Positions 8,072 to 14,495 of a DNA stretch of 51,578 nt are shown in pieces. This DNA comes from Candidatus Micrarchaeota archaeon. GTDB taxonomy: Archaea > Micrarchaeota > Micrarchaeia > Norongarragalinales > Norongarragalinaceae. Where the stretch lies: NCBI GenBank assembly GCA_043799765.1, contig JAZDNL010000080.1, positions 1-51,578 of the forward strand, read 5' to 3'. The stretch's first letter is position 1, and each line of letters opens with the position of its first letter. A program made the translations under genes and the position numbers. Below the pieces are notes generated by a model that worked only from the letters and a program-made list of their open reading frames with translations, was not told where the DNA came from and did not search any database.

Positions 8072-9823
8072 ATGAGGATCGCGGTGCTGGACAGGGGAAA
8101 GTGCAAGTTCGGTACCTGCGGGTATGCCTGCATAAAGGTGTGCCCGGGCGTGAAGATGCGCGAGGAAACCATCGTGCAGGGCAAGGACGGCTACCCCGTA
8201 ATCAGCGAGGAGCTGTGCAGCGGCTGCGGTTTGTGCGCGAAAAAGTGCCCCTTCGGCGCAATCAAGATAGTGAACCTTCCGGGCGAATCCGGAAAGCCCT
8301 TCTTCCAGTACGGGCCGAACACGTTCCGGCTTTACGGATACCTGCTGCCGAAGGAGCGGAGCGTGGTGGGCGTGGTCGGGGTGAACGCCATAGGCAAAAC
8401 CACCGCGCTGGAAATCCTCCGCGGCGCCATCCGCCCAAATTTCGGGAAATATTCGAAGAAGCTTTCATGGGACGAAATCAAGGAGGCGGTGCGGGGGCAG
8501 GAGATCGTGAACTACCTGCAGGCGCTCGAGGAGAAGCGGTTCAGGGTGGCGCACAAGATGCAGTACGTCGAGGCGCTCGCGAAGTCGCGCAAGACCTTGC
8601 AGGCAGCGCTTGAGGAAGTGGACGAGACGGGCGGGGCGGAAAAGGTGGCGGCCGAGCTGGAATTGTCGGCTTCGCTTTCGCGCAAGCTTTCCGAACTCAG
8701 CGGAGGCGAACTGCAGCGCACCGCAATCGCCTGTACCCTGCTGCGCGACGCCGACGCATATTTCTTCGACGAGCTGTCGAGTTATCTAGACGTCCGCCAG
8801 CGCCTGCTTGTGGCGAAGCGCATACGTGCGCTCGCCGAGGAGAAGAGCGTCGTCGTAGTGGAGCACGATCTGGCGCTGCTCGACTACCTCAGCGATTACG
8901 TGCAGGTGCTTTACGGCGTGCGCGGCGTTTACGGGAAAATATCCGCGCTCAAGGGCACGCGGGTGGGCATAAACGAGTTCCTCGACGGGTATCTCCGCGA
9001 CGAGAACGTGCGGTTCCGCGATTATGCGATCAAGTTCGACGTGAGGGGCGCTTCGGAAGGAAGGAAGGGCGCTGTTTCGCTGGCGTACAACGGCATGCGC
9101 AAGCACTATCCGGCGTTCTCGCTGGCGGTTGACGCCGGAAAGATATACGAGGGCGAGGTGCTCGGCATACTCGGGCCGAACGCAATCGGAAAAAGCACGT
9201 TCGTCAAGATGCTCGCAGGCGTCGAGAAGCCGGACGGGGGCGAAACAGGCGCGGAAAAGAAGAGGGTGGCGTACAAGCCGCAGTACCTGAAGAGCGCCTT
9301 CGAAGGCACCGTGCGGCAGCTTCTTGCGCAATCAAACGTGGACGCCGCCTCGTTCGAGGAAGTAAAGCACAGGCTCGACCTCCTGGATTTGATGGACAAG
9401 GACGTGGCGCACCTGAGCGGAGGGGAATTGCAGCGCCTGTCAATAGCGCTGTGCCTGTGCACGAAGGCGGACGTCTATCTGCTGGACGAGCCGTCGGCGT
9501 TCCTCGACGTGGAGCAGCGCCTGAACGTCGCCCATCTCGTGAGAAAAACGCGCGACTCCGAGGACAAGCCCGCATTCGTTGTCGACCACGACATACTGTT
9601 CATAGATTCGGTGAGCGACCGCCTTGTCGTATTCGAGGGCGCGCCCGCGAAGGAGGGCAGGGCGTCGCCGCCTAAGGGGATGCGCGAGGGAATGCATTCG
9701 TTCCTGCGCGAGATGGGCGTCACGTTCCGCAGGGACCCGGAAACGGGAAGGCCGCGCGCGAACAAGCCCGGTTCGCAAACGGACGCGGAGCAGAAGGCGA
9801 GCGGCAACTATTACTATGCCTAG
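8072..9823 (+). CDS. abce1: ABCE1 / RNase L inhibitor-type ribosome recycling ATPase
   Basis: N-terminal double 4Fe-4S domain (CKFGTCGYACIKVCPG; CSGCGLCAKKCPFGAI), two ABC cassettes (GVNAIGKTT, GPNAIGKST, LSGGELQR twice). TATA CTATTTTAAAC lies about 25 nt upstream. Confidence 0.95.
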   Translation: MRIAVLDRGKCKFGTCGYACIKVCPGVKMREETIVQGKDGYPVISEELCSGCGLCAKKCPFGAIKIVNLPGESGKPFFQYGPNTFRLYGYLLPKERSVVGVVGVNAIGKTTALEILRGAIRPNFGKYSKKLSWDEIKEAVRGQEIVNYLQALEEKRFRVAHKMQYVEALAKSRKTLQAALEEVDETGGAEKVAAELELSASLSRKLSELSGGELQRTAIACTLLRDADAYFFDELSSYLDVRQRLLVAKRIRALAEEKSVVVVEHDLALLDYLSDYVQVLYGVRGVYGKISALKGTRVGINEFLDGYLRDENVRFRDYAIKFDVRGASEGRKGAVSLAYNGMRKHYPAFSLAVDAGKIYEGEVLGILGPNAIGKSTFVKMLAGVEKPDGGETGAEKKRVAYKPQYLKSAFEGTVRQLLAQSNVDAASFEEVKHRLDLLDLMDKDVAHLSGGELQRLSIALCLCTKADVYLLDEPSAFLDVEQRLNVAHLVRKTRDSEDKPAFVVDHDILFIDSVSDRLVVFEGAPAKEGRASPPKGMREGMHSFLREMGVTFRRDPETGRPRANKPGSQTDAEQKASGNYYYA

Positions 9824-9912
9824 AAGGAATAGCGCACGGGGAAGTAGTCCGCCCACCAGGAAACCGCCATGAGGAAAAGGCAGAACGCGAACCATCCCTG
9901 CAGGAACTCCAT
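9820..9912 (-). CDS. Candidate 30-aa hydrophobic micro-protein (MEFLQGWFAFCLFLMAVSWWADYFPVRYSF)
   Basis: Hand translation. The ATG lies about 25 nt from the TATA at 9931-9940. Below the size cut-off of the ORF track. Confidence 0.3.
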   Translation of the reverse strand: MEFLQGWFAFCLFLMAVSWWADYFPVRYSF

Positions 9913-9930
9913 GAGGAAATCGGGGGGCAA

Positions 9931-9940
9931 CCGATATTAA
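9931..9940. promoter_or_regulatory. Central TATA-like box (CCGATATTAA) between two divergent micro-ORFs
   Basis: Equidistant (about 25 nt) from ATG 9912 (minus) and GTG 9962 (plus). Confidence 0.4.
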
Positions 9941-9961
9941 GGCGTTTTGATTCCGTTTTCC

Positions 9962-10090
9962 GTGGACGTCTTCGGGATCGCGCTCATTGCGGGAACGATT
10001 TACGCGGCGGCGAAGTACCTTCCTGATTTCTCTTTTGACGAGAGAGTGGCGGGGCTGGCGGTCATAATCGTCTACCTGCTGTCGCTCTGA
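9962..10090 (+). CDS. Candidate 42-aa membrane micro-protein (VDVFGIALIAGTIYAAAKYLPDFSFDERVAGLAVIIVYLLSL)
   Basis: Hand translation with a GTG start about 26 nt downstream of the TATA centre. Two hydrophobic segments. Confidence 0.35.
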   Translation: MDVFGIALIAGTIYAAAKYLPDFSFDERVAGLAVIIVYLLSL

Positions 10091-10092
10091 TT

Positions 10093-10680
10093 TTACGCCT
10101 GCTTAACTATCCGGTTGTACTGGTCCAGCGCAACCCACGCCTGTGCGTCGTCCTTCTCCCAGAAGCACACCCACGTGGAGGCGGGCAATCCGGCGGAGAA
10201 TGTTTCGAATTCCGAGCCGTCAAGCCACGGGCAATATTCCATCGCCTTCTTCTGGTCGTACTCCTGCAGGTAGAACGCGCATCCCCTCGCTCCGTCGCCG
10301 AGCGCGGTTATCTCCGCCAGTTTGCCAGAGTCAATAAGCGCCTCCTCCCTGTAAACGACGGGAGTCTTGACGGAGCAGTTCTTTATCGCGTCCTCCGGAC
10401 GGAAGCCGAAGGGCACGAGCGTGTAGTAGCGCCTCTGCACCGTCGGGCATTTCGCGTGCGGATTAAAGGCGACGCGCGCGTCGGCGCTCCATCCGCCGGG
10501 CGTCTGCTCCACGCTTAGCAGCTCAACGTAGGCGCCCGCGCCCTGCAGCGGCGTCAAATCGTCCATTATCAGCTGAGTCGCCTGCTCCTTCGTCAGCGTC
10601 GTGGAGGGCGTCGGGATCAGCATGTAAACGAGTATGGCTGCGACTAGTATCAGAACGAGCGCCGCCATCTTACGCAACAC
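10093..10680 (-). CDS. Membrane-anchored extracellular protein, unknown function
   Basis: N-terminal TM (AALVLILVAAILVYMLIP) followed by a Cys-containing soluble domain. Last gene of the pilin-like cluster. Confidence 0.6.
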   Translation of the reverse strand: MLRKMAALVLILVAAILVYMLIPTPSTTLTKEQATQLIMDDLTPLQGAGAYVELLSVEQTPGGWSADARVAFNPHAKCPTVQRRYYTLVPFGFRPEDAIKNCSVKTPVVYREEALIDSGKLAEITALGDGARGCAFYLQEYDQKKAMEYCPWLDGSEFETFSAGLPASTWVCFWEKDDAQAWVALDQYNRIVKQA

Positions 10681-10725
10681 ACAAATCCCCGACTAATTGG
10701 AGGCAGCCCGCACTTATAAACATTT

Positions 10726-11301
10726 TTAAGGAATAGGCGGCGGCGTGGGCGTCGGGCACCGCACCGCGTAGCCTGCAACGGCGTTTTCCCCTTCCGTAAG
10801 CGCCATGCGGAAAACCCCCTCGTCGTCGCGGGTTGCTTCGGCGTCAAGCGTGCGCACCATCATGCCGTTCTTGATCGCGTTCTTCGAGGAGGCGCCCATG
10901 GAAATCGTCGCCGAGACGTGGTACGCCGCGCCTTTCTCGCCGGAGGAAACCTCCTCGCACGATGACGCGCCCTCAAGAACGTACGCTATTTCGTGGGTCG
11001 AGTTCGCGTTCAGGCGCTTTGTTGCGTTCTCAAGGTATGCGGCGAGGTTCGCTCCGAAATAGCCGCAGAACGTGCTTTCCATGGAGCAGCCCCATGACGC
11101 GTACGCCGCGTCGGCCGCGCAGTCGTCGAACGCGCGGCTGTAGAAAGCCGCCGCGTCCTCGAACGCGAATGCGTTGTCCTGCGCTTCGGTTGAAACGAGC
11201 GAGAAGTCCTTGCCGCCCGAAATCCCGAGCGTGAGCCCCGCGAGCGAGGCGAACGAGACGGTGACCAAGGCGGCTACGATGGTGGTCATGAACGCCCTCA
11301 T
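10726..11301 (-). CDS. N-terminally anchored extracellular protein, unknown function (191 aa)
   Basis: MRAFMTTIVAALVTVSFASLAGL hydrophobic N-terminus. The ATG overlaps the upstream stop (ATGA at 11298-11301). Confidence 0.6.
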   Translation of the reverse strand: MRAFMTTIVAALVTVSFASLAGLTLGISGGKDFSLVSTEAQDNAFAFEDAAAFYSRAFDDCAADAAYASWGCSMESTFCGYFGANLAAYLENATKRLNANSTHEIAYVLEGASSCEEVSSGEKGAAYHVSATISMGASSKNAIKNGMMVRTLDAEATRDDEGVFRMALTEGENAVAGYAVRCPTPTPPPIP

Positions 11302-11678
11302 CTGCTCACCCACGCCTCACTCACGCTGTTTTCATCCGTCGCGTCGGTTTCCTTCAGGCAGGCGTCCGCCATGTCCACGACGGTTTGCCCCCCGCACAGC
11401 GGCGGGTATTTCCTGTGCTCGACGCGCAGCGCAATCTCCGCGTCCTTCGGCGCGACGTTCGAAATTTTCAGTGCGGTCATGGCGGTGAAATCGTCCCCGC
11501 TTATCCTGCCTTCCGAATTCATTGCCAGATAATCCCTTCCGAGCGCGCGCATCTGCCCGTATTTCAGGTGTTCTGATTCGGCAGCGGTCCCGACCGCGTT
11601 CCAGACGTACGCTACCAGAAGAACGAGGCTGAGCGCGAACAGCGCGTCGGCGGTGAATATGAAGCCCTTCAGCCGCAT
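11298..11678 (-). CDS. Type IV pilin-like protein (class III signal peptide)
   Basis: MRLKG/FIFTADALFALSLVLLVAYVW: basic residues plus Gly, an acidic residue at about +6, then a hydrophobic helix. Confidence 0.65.
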   Translation of the reverse strand: MRLKGFIFTADALFALSLVLLVAYVWNAVGTAAESEHLKYGQMRALGRDYLAMNSEGRISGDDFTAMTALKISNVAPKDAEIALRVEHRKYPPLCGGQTVVDMADACLKETDATDENSVSEAWVSR

Positions 11679-12007
11679 ACCCTCACCTCAAGCACGCACG
11701 CCGTGTCCCCGCACCGTTTCAGGCGCGAACCCGTAAGCGTGTTCCCCGGGCACGGCGTGCCGCACGTGTCCTGCCACGATGTGCCGTTAGCGTAGCGCAG
11801 GATTTGGCAGTAGTCCGCGCTCGGCGGCGCTTCGTTTGCCGCGAGCATGTGCGCGATTGTTTCCGCCTCGTTCGAGTAAAGCGCGCCGTAGTCGAGCGCC
11901 TTGCGCGTCGACATCTCGCCCGTCTGCAGGAGCATTCCCAGCGATACGCCGGATATCACGAGCACTCCCACGAAGAAGTCCATCGAAAGAAGTTGCGCCC
12001 TCTTCAT
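11669..12007 (-). CDS. Type IV pilin-like protein (class III signal peptide), 112 aa
   Basis: MKRA/QLLSMDFFVGVLVISGVSLGMLL. The ATG overlaps the upstream stop (ATGA at 12004-12007). The track ORF extends further upstream without support. Confidence 0.65.
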   Translation of the reverse strand: MKRAQLLSMDFFVGVLVISGVSLGMLLQTGEMSTRKALDYGALYSNEAETIAHMLAANEAPPSADYCQILRYANGTSWQDTCGTPCPGNTLTGSRLKRCGDTACVLEVRVCG

Positions 12008-12441
12008 CGGCACGCGCCCTCCCTTATCGCGGCTTTGCCGCTCGTGTTCAGCCACGCGCAGACGCTCATTCCAGTTTCGTCGCACTGTTCGTAGAAAGAG
12101 AAGTCCTCGATGCCGCAGACCACCGGTTTCTCAATCACCTGTGGTTCCTCGGACATGATGCGCATCGCGACGGAGTCTCCGCTCCTGTTGATCCAGTAGG
12201 GCACGCCCTCGCCGCCGGCTACGACGCAGGGGAGCGTGAACGTTATGTTTTCGCCGAAGGCGCAGGCGTCGTTCGCCGCGCCCGAGACGATTCCCGCGCC
12301 CACCATTCCCTGCGCGAGAAGGGACGTGCGCACTGTGCTGTCGCGCATCCCGCCCACCATGTAGTTCATCCAGTAGAGTATGAACGCGAAAAGCGCGAAC
12401 GCGAGGAACAACTCTATGGAAATCTGCCCGCGGCGCGACAT
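12004..12441 (-). CDS. Type IV pilin-like protein (class III signal peptide), 145 aa
   Basis: MSRRG/QISIELFLAFALFAFILYW matches the RGQ-ISxE class-III signal pattern. TATA lies 25 nt upstream. Confidence 0.7.
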   Translation of the reverse strand: MSRRGQISIELFLAFALFAFILYWMNYMVGGMRDSTVRTSLLAQGMVGAGIVSGAANDACAFGENITFTLPCVVAGGEGVPYWINRSGDSVAMRIMSEEPQVIEKPVVCGIEDFSFYEQCDETGMSVCAWLNTSGKAAIREGACR

Positions 12442-12460
12442 GAACGCATTACTCACGCTG

Positions 12461-12470
12461 TTTATTAAAA
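12461..12470 (-). promoter_or_regulatory. TATA box (minus-strand TTTTAATAAA) of the pilin-like operon
   Basis: Centre is about 25 nt upstream of ATG 12441. Confidence 0.5.
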
Positions 12471-12484
12471 TACACCGAACCCGC

Positions 12485-12602
12485 AAGGGGGGTTTCACCC
12501 CCCTTTCAGTTCAGCGGTTCTCCTGATTTCCCCCCGTTTTTAGTGCAGGTTTTGCGAACGCCGCGTCTTGCTGGACGCATGCCGCGGCATGCGTCATGTA
12601 AC
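12485..12602 (-). ncRNA. Candidate small transcription unit: TATA, 5' hairpin element, 28-codon ORF (12511-12597, MTHAAACVQQDAAFAKPALKTGGNQENR), G6/C6 hairpin
   Basis: TATA TATTTTAATAAG at 12623-12634, about 30 nt upstream. The G6-UGAAA-C6 hairpin at 12487-12503 follows the stop. No homology evidence. Confidence 0.3.
12574..12595 (-). repeat. Hairpin element copy 2: perfect 22-nt palindrome GACGCATGCCGCGGCATGCGTC followed by ATG (reads ATGACGCAT on the minus strand)
   Basis: Read directly from the sequence. Intergenic. Confidence 0.75.
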
Positions 12603-12626
12603 CGCGACGCGAGCAAAAAGTGCTTA

Positions 12627-13787
12627 TTAAAATACATGGAGGGACGCGCCAAGCGACCAAAGAATCGCGGGCAGAATCAGCGCGCCCATGGAGTAGCTGC
12701 GCCTTGTCCCCGAAAGAATCGGCATCACGCCTATTGCCGCGGCAATCCCGCAGACGAAAAGCCCCGCAGACCCCTCGAAGAGAAAAACCGCCGCGACTAT
12801 GGCGAGAAGAAGCGACGCGTACGCCTTCCTTCCTATCCTTATGCCGACGAACAGCCTATACGCCGCAAGAAGCGCCGCCACTGAAACGCAGAGCGCGAAC
12901 AGTCCCGCAGCAACGAGCATCGCGGTTTGCGTCCAATCGGTCCTGCCAAGAAAATCCTGCACCGCCGCTGCCGCTCCGGAGCGCGCCTTCCCGAGCATCG
13001 AAATTCCCGCGAAATCCGCCACCATCTTCGACGCGGTTACCGACGACGCCAGCACCAGGAACCCCTCGCCGCTCCATTCGCCGATTGCCATGAATGCCGC
13101 AGCACTCAGGAACGCCGGGTTGAGCGCGGGGAGTAATGGCGAGAAAACTCCCGCCACCGCGCCTGCTGCGATTAACGGCACGCCTGCCTTTACTTCCGCG
13201 CAGTCCTTCTGCTTCTTCGGTTCCCCTTCCCCCCGCATCGCGTTTAGCAGGGCGGGGATGCCGAAAAGCCCCGTGAGAAGCGGGAATAGCGGCTCGCGCA
13301 GAAGCGGCGTCGAGAAAACGAGAAAGCCGAACACTCCCGAAAGTGCGAACACAACCGTCCCCTTCCACTCCTTATCCGCCCATAGCGACGCTATGACTAT
13401 TCCCGAAAGCAGCGCCCATGTCAGCGGCTTTACCGCGCTGTAAAGCAGGGGCACGGCGAACCATGCGAACGGGAGCAGTGCAAGCGCCGCGACGATTCCT
13501 CCGAGCAAGCCGTGTAGCATTAATTTCAGCGCCCTTGCCCCCTCGCCCCGCAGTGCGAGCTCCTGCGCCGGAAGCACGGACGCGCTCTGCCCAGCGCTCG
13601 GAAGTGCGAAAAAAACAGCGGGCAGCGTTTCCGAAACCATGTGGCTGAACGCGAGGGCTACGACGAACACGCTTCCTTCGAGGCTGGGCAGCGACGGAAG
13701 GAAGCGTATCAGCAGATTAGTGTGCAAAAACGGAAGCAGTCCCGCCAGAAAGCCGACTACCGTCCCAGCAAGCACCCACGCAATCAT
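12627..13787 (-). CDS. Polytopic membrane protein, DUF112/TctA-like (COG1784-type)
   Basis: About 10 TM segments. GLLPFLHTN and VLPAQELALRGEGARAL resemble the GLiPGlHxN / LPxHxxxxxGxG signatures of the family. Family assignment is from memory only. Confidence 0.55.
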   Translation of the reverse strand: MIAWVLAGTVVGFLAGLLPFLHTNLLIRFLPSLPSLEGSVFVVALAFSHMVSETLPAVFFALPSAGQSASVLPAQELALRGEGARALKLMLHGLLGGIVAALALLPFAWFAVPLLYSAVKPLTWALLSGIVIASLWADKEWKGTVVFALSGVFGFLVFSTPLLREPLFPLLTGLFGIPALLNAMRGEGEPKKQKDCAEVKAGVPLIAAGAVAGVFSPLLPALNPAFLSAAAFMAIGEWSGEGFLVLASSVTASKMVADFAGISMLGKARSGAAAAVQDFLGRTDWTQTAMLVAAGLFALCVSVAALLAAYRLFVGIRIGRKAYASLLLAIVAAVFLFEGSAGLFVCGIAAAIGVMPILSGTRRSYSMGALILPAILWSLGASLHVF

Positions 13788-14140
13788 TTCAGCTCAACGC
13801 TTCTTGCAACCAGGCCGTCCTCGCCGAAAACGCCCTCTACGTCGGCGTAGCGGCCGCTTTTCACAGTGCGGAAATCTACGGGAAAGTTATCGGCGCGGAA
13901 AACCGCCACGTCAACGCAGCGTTTGCCGCACAGGCTGAAAAAAGCGTTCCCTCCCTCGACGCGCATCCCCTGAACCCTTCCCCACGCGATTACCAGCCTG
14001 CCGACGTCGCCGTCGTTCAGTTCGTCGACGGTTTTCTCCTCCGGCGTGAGCGTCGTGCCGAAGAACCAGAGCCCGGCGATTCCGATTGCCGCAAGCAGGG
14101 CGCATGCGCGGAACAGCGTTTCGTCGTCCATCTTACGCAC
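13784..14140 (-). CDS. Membrane-anchored small protein with an OB-fold-like C-terminal domain
   Basis: N-terminal TM (ACALLAAIGIAGLWFF) and a beta-rich domain (GRLVIAWGRVQGMRVEGGNAFFSL). Its stop overlaps the downstream start (ATGA at 13784-13787). Start is GTG 14140 or ATG 14131. Confidence 0.5.
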   Translation of the reverse strand: MRKMDDETLFRACALLAAIGIAGLWFFGTTLTPEEKTVDELNDGDVGRLVIAWGRVQGMRVEGGNAFFSLCGKRCVDVAVFRADNFPVDFRTVKSGRYADVEGVFGEDGLVARSVELK

Positions 14141-14495
14141 AGTATTGGTAGTTCGTCGCGATGACGCAGTAGGCGTTTTCCGTCTGCGAGTAGGGCGCCA
14201 GCACCTGCTTCACCCTCTGCGTGATGCGCTGCCTCATCGCTTCCGAGGCGCCTATGTTCCCGCCGCCTGCGTCATAGAGTTTGGGGCGGAGGGAGACGAT
14301 GCCGTTGGAGACGGAATAGTCCATTGAAGTGAACGTTATCCCCTCGGCGCTAGCCTCCTCGAAAGCCGCCATGCGCGCCGCGCCGACCCCGAGGTTGAGT
14401 TCGGTCTCGCGCAGCACGCCTATCAGCACGACCACCGCAAGCGTGACAAGGAATGCGACCACGAAGATATATTCGACGCTCGCTTGCGCCCTCAT
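14133..14495 (-). CDS. Type IV pilin-like protein (class III signal peptide), 120 aa
   Basis: MRA/QASVEYIFVVAFLVTLAVVVLIGVL. The ATG overlaps the stop of the beta-helix gene (ATGA at 14492-14495). Confidence 0.65.
   Translation of the reverse strand: MRAQASVEYIFVVAFLVTLAVVVLIGVLRETELNLGVGAARMAAFEEASAEGITFTSMDYSVSNGIVSLRPKLYDAGGGNIGASEAMRQRITQRVKQVLAPYSQTENAYCVIATNYQYCA

Noticed and set aside
12543-13093. Plus-strand ORFs (12543-12884, 12620-13093, 12799-13443) in and next to the 12.5-kb intergenic region
   Set aside because: They are Arg/Pro/Ser-rich and antisense to the well-formed polytopic membrane gene 12627-13787. No start or promoter support.
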